Below are positions 18,572 through 28,305 of a DNA stretch of 64,000 nt, in pieces. The DNA lies in assembly GCA_035547835.1 (NCBI GenBank), contig DASZTW010000007.1:198955-262954 (forward strand), in the 5' to 3' direction. Position numbers and translations under genes: made by a program. Numbering within the stretch: the first letter of the stretch is position 1; each line of letters starts with the position of its first letter. Origin of the DNA: Acidimicrobiales bacterium (GTDB lineage Bacteria > Actinomycetota > Acidimicrobiia > Acidimicrobiales > Iamiaceae). The notes below the pieces were generated by a model. It was not told the origin of the DNA and did not search any database. It saw nothing but the letters and a program-made list of their open reading frames with translations.

Positions 18572-20173
18572 TCAGCGGGGCGCGAGCACCAACGCTTGGT
18601 CGGGTCCCAGGCGAGACGGCACCGTCACGCCCGCGGCCTGGCCTTCAGCAGCGGTCGTGTCGAGCTCGACGCACCAAGCGCCGTCGAGGGCCGGAAGGTC
18701 GACCTCGGCGCCGGTGAAGTTCACCAGCACCAGGCGATCACCGAGCGGGTGCTCGCGGCGCCACGCCAGCACACCGTCGGGCGCGTCGATCCGCGTGCTC
18801 GCGCCTTCGCGCAACGCCGGCGTGGCCCGGCGCAAGGCGATCAGGCGCCGGTAGAAGTGCAACGTGGAGGACGGGTCCGCGCGCTCGCTCGCGGCGTTGC
18901 GCCGTCGGGCATCGGGCGGCAACGGGAGCCACGGGCGCTCCCAACCGTGACCGGGCTGCTCGCTCCACGGCACCGGGGCCCGGCAGCCGTCGCGGCCGCC
19001 GGGGTCCTGCACCTGGTCGGGCGGGATGGTCGCTTCGGCGAGACCGAGCTCCTCGCCTTGGTACAAGAACGGCGTGCCGCGCTGCGTCAACAGCAGCACG
19101 GCGGCGGCCCGGGCCCGGCGCTCCGTCGCCGCTGGATCCACGCGCGCCGCGCCGGCTGCCCCGGCCCAGGTCGTGAGGTACCGGTCGATCCGGGTGGGGT
19201 GGCGGACCGCGTCGTGGCTCGACAACACCCACACCGGCCACGCGTCACGGGGCTCGAGCTCGGCTGCCACTTCGTCCATGCGCGCGGCGAAGCCCTCGGC
19301 GGTCCAGGGCGTGTGCATCAGCGGCATCAGGAAGGACAAGTGGAGCTCGGGATCTTCGGGCGTGCCGTAGTACGGCGCGATCTGGCGGGTCTCGAGCAGG
19401 TACACCTCGCCGATCATCATGCGGTCGTCCCCGTACTCGTCGAGCACGGCCCGGATCTTGCGCAGCCGCGGGTGCACCGAGGGGATGTCGTTCAGCGCGC
19501 AGTACGGGATGCCCTCGTACTCAGGTGGGGCATCGGGCAGCCCCTCGGGCTTGGCGATGGCGTGGAGGACGTCGGCGCGGAAGCCGTCGACACCTCGGTC
19601 GAGCCAGAAGCGGAGGACGTCGTGCATGGCCGACTCGACGGCCGGGTTGTCCCAGTCCAGGTCGGGTTGCGTGGGCAGGAACAGGTGCAAGAACCACTGG
19701 TCACTGGCGGCGTCGAACGACCAGGCACGGCTGTCGGGAGGGAAGGCGGCGATCCAGTTGTTGGGCGGCTCGTCGGGTGTGCCGTCGCGCCAGACGAACC
19801 AGTCGCGGTGGGGCCGGTCCTTGCCCGTACGGGCATCTTCGAACCAGGGATGCTCGTTCGACACGTGGTTCGGGACCCAGTCCACGATGACCCGGATGCC
19901 CCGGGCGTGCGCGTCGGTCAGCAGCCGGTCGAAGTCCTCCAACGTGCCGAACAGCGGGTCCACAGCACAGTGGTCGGCCACGTCGTAGCCGAAGTCACGC
20001 TGCGGCGACCGATAGAACGGCGACAGCCAGATGGCGTCCACGCCCAGCCAGACCAGGTGGTCGAGGTGGTGGCGGATCCCTTCGAGGTCGCCCACTCCAT
20101 CGCGGTTCGCGTCGGCGAAGCTGCGCGGGTAGATCTGGTAGAAGACGGCGTCCCGCCACCACGCTCGTTGCAT
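18572..20173 (-). CDS. GH13 alpha-glucosidase / oligo-1,6-glucosidase family
   Basis: Trimmed to MQRAWWRDAVFYQIYPRSFAD. Contains DWVPNHVS, GVDGFRADV, MIGEV and SSHD catalytic regions. Confidence 0.85.
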   Translation of the reverse strand: MQRAWWRDAVFYQIYPRSFADANRDGVGDLEGIRHHLDHLVWLGVDAIWLSPFYRSPQRDFGYDVADHCAVDPLFGTLEDFDRLLTDAHARGIRVIVDWVPNHVSNEHPWFEDARTGKDRPHRDWFVWRDGTPDEPPNNWIAAFPPDSRAWSFDAASDQWFLHLFLPTQPDLDWDNPAVESAMHDVLRFWLDRGVDGFRADVLHAIAKPEGLPDAPPEYEGIPYCALNDIPSVHPRLRKIRAVLDEYGDDRMMIGEVYLLETRQIAPYYGTPEDPELHLSFLMPLMHTPWTAEGFAARMDEVAAELEPRDAWPVWVLSSHDAVRHPTRIDRYLTTWAGAAGAARVDPAATERRARAAAVLLLTQRGTPFLYQGEELGLAEATIPPDQVQDPGGRDGCRAPVPWSEQPGHGWERPWLPLPPDARRRNAASERADPSSTLHFYRRLIALRRATPALREGASTRIDAPDGVLAWRREHPLGDRLVLVNFTGAEVDLPALDGAWCVELDTTAAEGQAAGVTVPSRLGPDQALVLAPR

Positions 20174-20271
20174 CCGGGCATGGTAGGGCCGGGCGCGCAC
20201 CCTGGCGCGTGGTCAGGTGCGTGGGACGATACACTGAGTCGTCGGACCGTACGAAGAGTGGGAGTGGGCCC

Positions 20272-20463
20272 GTGAAGAAGGGTCGTCACCGGCGCTTCGA
20301 AGAAGCGCGTGCGCTCAAACAATCCGGTGACCCGGTGTTCGACGCGTTGCTGGACCGGGAGGAAGAGACCTGCCCGGAGTGTGGACGTCAGCCTGGCCAC
20401 GACCACGCCTCGTGGTGCATGCACGACGACGCCATCGCGGCGGACGAGGGCTGGACCGACTGA
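20272..20463 (+). CDS. Small basic/acidic protein with CxxC...HxH...C cluster (hypothetical)
   Basis: GTG start preceded by GGGAG. Sequence VKKGRHRRFEEARALKQSGDP...CPECGRQPGHDHASWC. High GC3. No family assigned. Confidence 0.4.
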   Translation: MKKGRHRRFEEARALKQSGDPVFDALLDREEETCPECGRQPGHDHASWCMHDDAIAADEGWTD

Positions 20464-20519
20464 GGCTTCCAGCTGAGGCCGTCGCGCCGTGCCCGTCACG
20501 CAGGTAGGGTCCGCGCCCG

Positions 20520-22259
20520 TCACTCGGTTTCGCTGAGGATCTCCGCGAGCTTCATGATCTCCGAGGTCCGCAGCTCGCCGGCGAACGTCCCGTCAGGGCC
20601 CACCACCCCCAGGCAGTCGACGTCGGCGCGCTCGAGGGCTTGGAGTGCGTCACGGATGGTCCACGACGGCACGCCGACGGGCAGGTCGGTGCGCATGATG
20701 TCGGCCACGGTGGTGTCGTCCCACGCGCCGCGTTCGATCATCGCGACCTCCTCCATCCCGCACATCCCGACATAGGTCGACCCGTCGACGACGGGCACGG
20801 ACCGCTGGCGGTTCCCCACCAGGTGCACCCAGACGAACTCGGCGACGGTGGCGTCCGGTGGAACCGTCAGCACGTCGGCTCGCAGCACGCTCGACACCGG
20901 CAGCGGGAGGCGCCGCTCGAGCGCGCCGGTGCGAGACTCGGCCTGTGTTGACGACACGGTCTCGTGGCCCATCACGAGCTGTGAGATCGCCGCGGCCACC
21001 AGCGCTGGTACCACGAACACCGCGTCGCCGGTGGACTCGGCCACGAACATGACCGCGGCGAGTGGCGTGCGGTAGCCGGCCCCGAGGAACGACGCGATGC
21101 CGAGCACCGGGAACAGCGAGGATGACGCCTCGACATGGCCGGCCGCGGAGAGCCCGAGGCCGTCGTACGCCCCCGCGACGAACCGGCCCAGCAATGCGCC
21201 TTGCATCACCAACGGGATGAACAGCCCGCCGGAGCCGCCGCCGCCGAGCGTGAGCAGTGCCGCGCCGAACCGGAAGGCGAACAGGGCGGCGACCAGCCAC
21301 AACGCCCGATCGGGGCTCGACATCCAGGCGAAGGTGCGGTAGCCGGGGCCGAGGCTCAGCGCCTGGTCGTACATGGCGTGGGTCGCGAGCACCAGGCCGG
21401 CCAACCCCGCGCCCGCCAGCACCACCCGGGCCCAGGCGGGCGCCCGGTTGGCCGCCGACTTGCTCCAGCGGACCCCGATCGCGAACGCACGCGCGCCCAG
21501 CCCGGCGAGCAGGCCCACCACCAGCGCGCCGGCGAGCTCCTGCAGGCGGAAGGTGGTGCTGCCTCTCGTGGAGAGGCGGAACAGTGGCTCGGTGCCGATC
21601 AACGCGGCATAGGTGAGGTAGCTCGTTGCGCCGGCGACCAACGCGGACAGCATGCCCCTCGGCGTGATGCCGTCGCGGTAAGGGACTTCGAGCGCGAACA
21701 ACACACCGGTCGCCGGTGCCTTGAAGATGGCTGCCACACCGCCCGCGGCGCCGGCGATCAACAGCGCCTTGGCCTCGTCGCGCCGGAACAGCCGCGACAA
21801 GCGGCGTTGCAGCGCGGAGCCGATGCCGGCTCCGATGTAGATCGAGGGACCTTCGAACCCGAGCGCGCCACCGGAGCCGAGCGTCGCGATCGATGCGATC
21901 ACGCGGCCGGCCATGGGCCGGAGGTCGAAGCGACGGTTGCGGTCGTGGTAGAAGCGCACGTACTCGTCGGATGTCGACGGCGATGCGCCACCGGCCAGGT
22001 AACGCAGCGCGAGGGCTGCCACGAGCAATCCGACCACCGGCGTGAGTGCCTGCACCGGCAACGACGCGCGGAAGAGGCGGCCGAGCAGAACGTCGCCGGT
22101 GATCTTGTCGAAGGCCGCGATCGCCAGGCCGACCAACACGCCGGTGACGGCCGCGGTGGCGAGGATCGCCTGGCGGCGGGGGTCGAGCCGCGAGCGGACG
22201 AGATCGAGGGAGGGCCGTTGCACCACCTGTGTTGCTAGCAGCCGCGTCGTCCCACGCAT
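20520..22259 (-). CDS. ClC-type chloride channel/antiporter with C-terminal CBS pair
   Basis: Trimmed to MRGTTRLL to avoid overlapping typA. Contains GSGGALGFEGP, GGLFIPL, multiple TM helices and two CBS-like repeats at the C-terminus. Confidence 0.8.
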   Translation of the reverse strand: MRGTTRLLATQVVQRPSLDLVRSRLDPRRQAILATAAVTGVLVGLAIAAFDKITGDVLLGRLFRASLPVQALTPVVGLLVAALALRYLAGGASPSTSDEYVRFYHDRNRRFDLRPMAGRVIASIATLGSGGALGFEGPSIYIGAGIGSALQRRLSRLFRRDEAKALLIAGAAGGVAAIFKAPATGVLFALEVPYRDGITPRGMLSALVAGATSYLTYAALIGTEPLFRLSTRGSTTFRLQELAGALVVGLLAGLGARAFAIGVRWSKSAANRAPAWARVVLAGAGLAGLVLATHAMYDQALSLGPGYRTFAWMSSPDRALWLVAALFAFRFGAALLTLGGGGSGGLFIPLVMQGALLGRFVAGAYDGLGLSAAGHVEASSSLFPVLGIASFLGAGYRTPLAAVMFVAESTGDAVFVVPALVAAAISQLVMGHETVSSTQAESRTGALERRLPLPVSSVLRADVLTVPPDATVAEFVWVHLVGNRQRSVPVVDGSTYVGMCGMEEVAMIERGAWDDTTVADIMRTDLPVGVPSWTIRDALQALERADVDCLGVVGPDGTFAGELRTSEIMKLAEILSETE

Positions 22260-22387
22260 GACATGTGCCACAACCGCCGCCGGGTGCCGTCGCGCGGCGG
22301 TTCGGGCTCGGGGGTCCGCACCGGTAGTCTCAACTGCCCGCTTTCGCACTTGCGCGAGCGGCCCCCACGACCAGACCGGACCACACG

Positions 22388-24226
22388 TTGAGCTCCCCCG
22401 CACCCGCCGACATCCGCAACGTCGCCATCGTTGCCCACGTCGACCACGGCAAGACCACCTTGATCGACGCGATGCTGCGCCAGACCGGCGCGTTCCGCGA
22501 GCACCAGGAAGTGGAGGACCGCGTCCTCGACTCGATGGACCAAGAGCGCGAGCGCGGCATCACGATTCTGGCCAAAGCTGCCGCCGTCACCTGGCGGGGC
22601 GTGCGCATCAACCTGGTCGACACGCCGGGGCACGCCGATTTCGGCGGCGAGGTCGAGCGGGCGCTGGCGCTCGTCGACGGTGTGTTGTTGCTGGTCGACG
22701 CTGCCGAGGGGCCGCTGCCACAGACCCGCTACGTCCTGCAGAAGGCCTTGGACCGCAAGTTGCCGACCGTCGTGGTGATCAACAAGGTCGACCGGTCCGA
22801 CGCGCAGGCGGAAGTGGTGCTCGACCAGGTCTACGAACTGTTCTTCGATCTGGGCGCGGAGGATCACGACATCGACTTTCCCGTGATCGCCGCCGTGGCA
22901 CGCGAGGGCCGGGCGATGGAAGGCCTCGGGGTGCCACCCGAGACCGCCGACCTCGCGCCGCTGTTCGAAGCGATCTTGAAGGTGGTGCCCGCGCCCTCCG
23001 GTGACCCGGACGGCCCGTTGCAGGCGCTGGTCACGAACCTCGACGCGTCCGACTACCTCGGCCGCCTCGCGGTCGGTCGGGTGGTGCGCGGGCGGCTCCG
23101 CAAGGGCCAGCAGGTGGCGTTGCTCGACGAGGAGACCGCCGAGGGCGAGGCCCCCGTGGTACGCCGGCTCAGCTCACTCATGGCCTTCACGGGCGTCGGA
23201 CGGGAGGATGTCGAGGAGACCGTGGCGGGCGACTTGTTCGTGGTGGCCGGCTTCCCGGAGGTCGAGGTCGGTGACACGCTCGCCGATCCCACCGTCCTCG
23301 AACCGCTGCGGCGCCTCGAGGTCGACGAGCCGGTCATCAGCATGACGTTCGGCGTGAACACGTCGCCGATGGCGGGCCGGGAAGGTCGTTATCTCACGTC
23401 GCGCCACCTGCGCGACCGCCTCGACCGTGAAGTGCTGGGCAACGTGTCGATCCGCCTCGCCGACACCGGGTCGCCCGACGTGATCGAAGTCGCCGGGCGT
23501 GGGGAGCTCCAGCTCGCCGTGCTCATCGAGTCCATGCGTCGGGAGAGCTACGAGCTCCAGGTGAGCCGGCCGGAAGTCGTGATCACGGACGTCGACGGCG
23601 TGCGGTCCGAGCCGCTCGAGCGCGGCGTGATCGACGTCCCCGACGAGCACGTCGGCACGGTCACACAGGCGCTTGCGCCCCGCAAGGGCCAGGTGCGCGA
23701 CCTCACCCCTGGCGACCCGGGCCGCACCGTGATGATGTTCGAGGCGCCCGCTCGCGGTCTGATCGGCTTCCGGTCGCAGTTGCTCACCGCCACCCGGGGG
23801 ACGGCGTTGCTGCACACACACCACGCCGGCTGGATGCCGTGGGCGGGCGATCTGCCGCACCGCAGCGGCGGCGCCATGATCTCCGACCGTGCCGGCGTCG
23901 CGACCGGCCATGCGCTCGACAACCTCCAAGCCCGCGGCGAGCTCTTCGTCGAGCCCGGCACGCCGGTCTACGAAGGCATGGTGGTGGGAGAGAGCGCACG
24001 CGGCGAGGAGATGGTGGTCAACGTGTGCCGCGAGAAGCAGAAGACCAACATCCGCACCCACACACACGACGACGCCATCAAGTTGGCCCCGCCTCGGCTG
24101 CACACGCTCGAGACCGCGATCGAGTGGATCAGCGCCGACGAGCTCGTCGAGGTAACCCCCGGCGCCGTGCGCATCCGCAAGCGACTGCTGTCCGAGCAGG
24201 ACCGCCGCCGGGCGAACCGCCGCTGA
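22388..24226 (+). CDS. typA: Translational GTPase TypA/BipA
   Basis: [29 protein letters not shown] and an EF-G-like domain order. TTG start. Confidence 0.9.
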   Translation: MSSPAPADIRNVAIVAHVDHGKTTLIDAMLRQTGAFREHQEVEDRVLDSMDQERERGITILAKAAAVTWRGVRINLVDTPGHADFGGEVERALALVDGVLLLVDAAEGPLPQTRYVLQKALDRKLPTVVVINKVDRSDAQAEVVLDQVYELFFDLGAEDHDIDFPVIAAVAREGRAMEGLGVPPETADLAPLFEAILKVVPAPSGDPDGPLQALVTNLDASDYLGRLAVGRVVRGRLRKGQQVALLDEETAEGEAPVVRRLSSLMAFTGVGREDVEETVAGDLFVVAGFPEVEVGDTLADPTVLEPLRRLEVDEPVISMTFGVNTSPMAGREGRYLTSRHLRDRLDREVLGNVSIRLADTGSPDVIEVAGRGELQLAVLIESMRRESYELQVSRPEVVITDVDGVRSEPLERGVIDVPDEHVGTVTQALAPRKGQVRDLTPGDPGRTVMMFEAPARGLIGFRSQLLTATRGTALLHTHHAGWMPWAGDLPHRSGGAMISDRAGVATGHALDNLQARGELFVEPGTPVYEGMVVGESARGEEMVVNVCREKQKTNIRTHTHDDAIKLAPPRLHTLETAIEWISADELVEVTPGAVRIRKRLLSEQDRRRANRR

Positions 24227-24297
24227 ACACCCCGCCGGCGGCTCGGGACGGTCGCGGCTGGCGCTGGTCGTCGGCGGGGTGTAGGCCCTGCGCCGAG

Positions 24298-24936
24298 ATG
24301 GTTGTTGCCCACCCGACCGGGACCCCCGAGATCACGCCCCACCACCTGCTGCAAACCGAAGCCGAACCGGCGACGGGCGTGTTGGCGGCGGCGTTTGCCG
24401 ACGACCCGATGTTCACCTGGATGTGTCCGGAGTTGAGCGTCCCCGAACGGGAGCAGGCCCTGGTCGGCTTCTTCGCACCGTTCGTCGACGCCTCGCGCCG
24501 GCGCGGCCACGCGTATGCCACCGATGACCGCGCGTCGGTGGCGCTGTGGTCGCCACCCGACGTCGCGCTGCTCGACGACGGGGCCCTGGAGGCTCTCGGC
24601 CAGTTCTTCGTGGAAGTGATCGGCGAGCGGGCCGAGCTGGTGGGCACCGCGCTGCAGGAAGTGGAAGCGCGCCATCCGACCGAGCCGCACTTCTACCTCG
24701 GGGCCATCGGCACGCGGCCGGAGTTGCGGGGACGCGGCCGGGGCCGGGTTGCGCTGGGCCCGGTGCTCGAACGGTGCGACCAGACCGGTGTCCCCGCCTA
24801 CCTGGAGTCGAGCTCGATTCGCAACGTGCCCTTCTACGAGCGACTCGGGTTCGTGGTGACCGACGAGGTCCGCCTCGCCGACGGGCCCGTGCTGCGACTC
24901 ATGTGGCGCGAGCCCCGGCCGCCGGAGCAGTCCTGA
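24298..24936 (+). CDS. GNAT-family N-acetyltransferase
   Basis: Trimmed to MVVAHPTG. The acetyl-CoA loop RGRGRGRVALGPVL and a C-terminal FYERLGF motif are present. Confidence 0.7.
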   Translation: MVVAHPTGTPEITPHHLLQTEAEPATGVLAAAFADDPMFTWMCPELSVPEREQALVGFFAPFVDASRRRGHAYATDDRASVALWSPPDVALLDDGALEALGQFFVEVIGERAELVGTALQEVEARHPTEPHFYLGAIGTRPELRGRGRGRVALGPVLERCDQTGVPAYLESSSIRNVPFYERLGFVVTDEVRLADGPVLRLMWREPRPPEQS

Positions 24937-24938
24937 TC

Positions 24939-25748
24939 GTGATCCTCGACCGCTTTCGCCTCACCGACCAGGTCGCGATCGTCACCGGCGCGAGCCGCGG
25001 CATCGGGGCGGCGACCGCAGTGGCGCTCGCACAAGCGGGCGCCGACGTGGTCATCTCGGCGCGCACCACGTCGGACCTCGTGTCGGTTGCGCACCAGATC
25101 GAGGACGCCGGTCGGCACGCTCACGTGGTCACGGCCGACTTGTCCGACCTCGACACGGTTGCCGATCTTGCAGCGGCAGCGGTCGACGCCTTCGGGCACC
25201 TCGACATCGTGGTCAACAACGCGGGCGGCACCATGCCCCGTCCGTTCGCGGACACCTCCTCGGGCTACCTGCGTCGAGCGTTCGAGTGGAACGTCGGCAC
25301 CGCGCACGCGCTGACCCGCGCGGCGCTCCCGTACTTGCAGGCGTCGGCCGAGACGGCCGGGCCAGAAGGGATCGCCGCGGGGCGCGGGCCGTCGGTGGTC
25401 ACGGTCTCGTCGGCCATCGGCCGGGTCGCCGGTCGGGGCATGGTCGCGTACGGCACGGCGAAAGCCGCCTTGAGCCACTGGACGCGCATGACCGCCGCCG
25501 ACCTTGCCCCCGCCATCAGGGTGAATGGCATCGCGGTCGGCTCCGTGGCCACCTCTGCGCTGCAACTGGTGCTCGACGACGAAGCCACGCGCACGGCCAT
25601 GGAGGCGGCGACCCTGCTCGGGCGCCTTGGTCGGCCCGAGGACATCGCCGCAGGAGTGGTGTTCCTGGTGTCGCCGGCGGGTTCGTACCTGACCGGCAAG
25701 CTGATCGAGATCGACGGCGGTCTCGACCGCGCCAGCCTCGAGCTCTGA
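24939..25748 (+). CDS. Short-chain dehydrogenase/reductase (SDR)
   Basis: TGASRGIG cofactor motif, NNAG and YGTAKAA (YxxxK). The GTG start is 3 nt after the GNAT stop. Confidence 0.85.
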   Translation: MILDRFRLTDQVAIVTGASRGIGAATAVALAQAGADVVISARTTSDLVSVAHQIEDAGRHAHVVTADLSDLDTVADLAAAAVDAFGHLDIVVNNAGGTMPRPFADTSSGYLRRAFEWNVGTAHALTRAALPYLQASAETAGPEGIAAGRGPSVVTVSSAIGRVAGRGMVAYGTAKAALSHWTRMTAADLAPAIRVNGIAVGSVATSALQLVLDDEATRTAMEAATLLGRLGRPEDIAAGVVFLVSPAGSYLTGKLIEIDGGLDRASLEL

Positions 25749-25806
25749 GTGATCCCGCCGTCAGAGGGGGCGGGCAGTGGGCAGCCGCTGCTTGTCGCCG
25801 TGGCGG

Positions 25807-26676
25807 TCAGCCTTTGCGGACGGCCGGGTGAGGGAGGAACACCTCTGCCATGCGTGGGCCGGGGTCGGCGGGGTCAGTCGCGGCAGCGATGCGGGACTCG
25901 ATGTGGCGCACCAACAGCTCGTACGGCGCAGGTCCGCACAACTCGACCAGCTCGTCACGGAGGGTCAGGTACACCGGCTGCTCGCCGACGAACGCCTCGC
26001 CCGACTCCGTGCACCACCAGTGGAAGTCGTCGCCGCCCTCGCCCCAATCGCGGCGTTTCCATTCGCGAACGGTCGAGGTGACATACCCGTGCTGGTCGGT
26101 GTCGTCGTGACGGCGCAGCGGAAGCTGCCAGCACACTTCGGGCTTCCACTCGATGAAGGATTCGCCCGCCTCGAGCGCGGCGCGATGGAGCGCGCAGCCG
26201 GCACCGCCGGGGAAGCCCGGCCGGTTCAAGAAGATGCACGCGTCGTCGACGAGACGGGTCACCGCGTCGCTGGACTTGTCGACCTTGGTAGGGCCACCCC
26301 GGCGCGCCGCTTCGGCACGGTGCTGCCACTGGCCGGAATCGAGGCGCTCGCTGTGCCGGATGACGCGCTCGCGGTCGGCGTCGTCGACGAAATGGGCACC
26401 ATAGGAGCAGCATCCCTGTTCCAGTTCGGGCGCGGGCCCGGTGAGGACACCTTGGCAGCCACGGCCGTAGATGCACGACCAGTTGCTCGTGAGGAAGGTG
26501 AGATCGAAGACCCAGGTGCGCTCTTCGTCAGGATCCTCGAAGGAGATCCACTCGTGGGGATCCGAGAGGTCGGGCAGGCGGGTCACCACAGGGGTGTCAC
26601 CACGTCGCCGTCGTAACCCGATCGGCGGCACCTGTCGCGGGTCATCTCGGTCAACGTAGCGTGGGTCTGGCACCAT
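25807..26676 (-). CDS. Conserved Cys-rich hypothetical protein
   Basis: Trimmed to MVPDPRYVD (290 aa). Nine Cys, including SCIYGRGC, GCCSYGAHF, DACIFLN..GCALH and VCWQLP. No family name assigned. Confidence 0.55.
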   Translation of the reverse strand: MVPDPRYVDRDDPRQVPPIGLRRRRGDTPVVTRLPDLSDPHEWISFEDPDEERTWVFDLTFLTSNWSCIYGRGCQGVLTGPAPELEQGCCSYGAHFVDDADRERVIRHSERLDSGQWQHRAEAARRGGPTKVDKSSDAVTRLVDDACIFLNRPGFPGGAGCALHRAALEAGESFIEWKPEVCWQLPLRRHDDTDQHGYVTSTVREWKRRDWGEGGDDFHWWCTESGEAFVGEQPVYLTLRDELVELCGPAPYELLVRHIESRIAAATDPADPGPRMAEVFLPHPAVRKG

Positions 26677-26682
26677 GCCGGC

Positions 26683-26895
26683 ATGGCTGGTGAGTTCGAC
26701 GACATTCGCACGCGCCTCGAGGGGATCGCCGAGGAGCTTGCCGATCTCGCCATTGTGCGGCTGCGCGAGTCGATCGACGCGGGTGGGACGGAGCTGCCGG
26801 TCGACGAGCGGCGCCTCACTCGTGCCCGTCGCGCGGTCGACAAGGCGGTCAACCTGCTGCGCGAACCCGATGACGTGGAGCCTGCGGGCGGCTGA
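26683..26895 (+). CDS. Small helical hypothetical protein
   Basis: 70 aa (MAGEFDDIRTRLEGIAEELADLAIVRLRESID...) with helical, acidic composition and coding-like GC3. It is divergent from the Cys-rich gene. It is only real if that gene starts at 26676. Confidence 0.4.
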   Translation: MAGEFDDIRTRLEGIAEELADLAIVRLRESIDAGGTELPVDERRLTRARRAVDKAVNLLREPDDVEPAGG

Positions 26896-26925
26896 CCACG
26901 CCGACAGGGCGGCCATCGGGGGGAC

Positions 26926-28014
26926 TCAGTCCGGCGGTGGCGGAGCAGCCTCGGTGGTCGGCGCGGAGTCGAGGGCGTTCAGCGCGTCGATCAAGCCGCG
27001 CAGCGCGCTGATCTTGCGGTGGTCGTACCGCAGCACCACGCGGGCCAAGTCGAGGCTGTCGTCACTCGAACGCTCGGCGGCCAACGGCTGGCTGCGCGCG
27101 ATGTGGCCGCTCGCGCACAGGTGCGAGAAGCGTTCGTTCAGCTCGGTGATCTCCTTGTCGGTTGGCTCGGCCTTGATGCGGACGACCAGGCGATCACCCA
27201 CCCATCGAATCGACTGGTAGTTGCGGTAGAAGCCGAGGATCTCCTCACGCGCCGCTACGACATCGTCGGTGATCAGGTAGAGGCTCGTGTCCTCCGGGCT
27301 GATCAGGCCGGCGGGCACCAAGTTCCGGTCGATGAAGTGCTGCAGCGCGTTCCAGTACCCCCCGTGTGGTGTGTCGAGGAGCACGGTGGGTGCGGGCACG
27401 GCCTTGCCCGTCTGTTGGAGCGTGAACAGCTCGAAGGTCTCGTCGAGCGTGCCGAACCCGCCGGGCAGCGCGATGAACCCGCTCGATTCCTTCATCAGCA
27501 TGAGCTTGCGGGTGAAGAAGTACTTCATGGAGACGAGCTTGTGGTCGCCTTCGATCACGTCGTTGGCCGAGTCCTCGAACGGGAGGCGGATGCTCACCCC
27601 GAGCGAGTGGTCGCGGCCCGCCCCTTCCATGCCGGCCTCCATGATCCCGGGTCCCGCGCCGGTGACGACCATCCACCCGCGCTGCGCGAGTTCGCGTGCC
27701 ACGTCGCGGGTGTGGGTGTAGAGCGGGTCGGCGGGCTTGGTGCGGGCCGACCCGAAGATGGTGACCTTCGGGTACGCCCGCCACGGCGCGAACATCTCGA
27801 ACGCGGCTCGCATCTCATTGAGCGCGGCAGCCGAGATCTTGAGGTCGAGCCGAGTCGCACCGTCGGTGGCCAACCTCGCACCGTCACTGAAGATCTGGAA
27901 GACGAGGTCACGGTGGGTGCGGACTTGCAGATCGTCGAGCAGGCTCTCGAGGTCGGCATCGAGCTTTGTGTCGCCGGTGGTCCGACGTCCGGGCGTGGTT
28001 CCGACGTTCGTCAT
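26926..28014 (-). CDS. LOG-family / TIGR00730-type nucleotide phosphoribohydrolase with N- and C-terminal extensions (PpnN-like)
   Basis: VTIFGSAR, TGAGPGIMEAG and PGGFGTLDE motifs. At 362 aa it is longer than the minimal LOG. Confidence 0.8.
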   Translation of the reverse strand: MTNVGTTPGRRTTGDTKLDADLESLLDDLQVRTHRDLVFQIFSDGARLATDGATRLDLKISAAALNEMRAAFEMFAPWRAYPKVTIFGSARTKPADPLYTHTRDVARELAQRGWMVVTGAGPGIMEAGMEGAGRDHSLGVSIRLPFEDSANDVIEGDHKLVSMKYFFTRKLMLMKESSGFIALPGGFGTLDETFELFTLQQTGKAVPAPTVLLDTPHGGYWNALQHFIDRNLVPAGLISPEDTSLYLITDDVVAAREEILGFYRNYQSIRWVGDRLVVRIKAEPTDKEITELNERFSHLCASGHIARSQPLAAERSSDDSLDLARVVLRYDHRKISALRGLIDALNALDSAPTTEAAPPPPD

Positions 28015-28092
28015 GGTGGCTCAAGGTTGGCATGACCGCCGAGTCCCCGCGCGCAGCCTGCGGGCGAAGCTGACGGCGGACGCCACCGCCGA

Positions 28093-28305
28093 TCAGGCGT
28101 CGAGGTCCCACCAGTCCTGCTGGAGCTTGCCTTCGATGGAGCGGACGTGGTCGCGCGTGCACACCGGGCACGCCCAACGAAGGCCGTCGGGGCCGGCTTC
28201 GGAGGACCAGGCCAGTGGCGGGTCGCCTTCGCCCGGGCCGGGCTCCATCCCGCAGATGGCGCAGGCAACCGGCGGACGGTCAGTGGGCGGAGGCTGGTCG
28301 TCCAT
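28093..28305 (-). CDS. Small zinc-ribbon-like hypothetical protein
   Basis: 70 aa with CAICG...CPVCTR (two CxxC) and a RSIEGKLQQDWW tail. Strong GC3 bias when translated by hand. The start overlaps the fbiC 3' end by 26 nt. Confidence 0.4.
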   Translation of the reverse strand: MDDQPPPTDRPPVACAICGMEPGPGEGDPPLAWSSEAGPDGLRWACPVCTRDHVRSIEGKLQQDWWDLDA

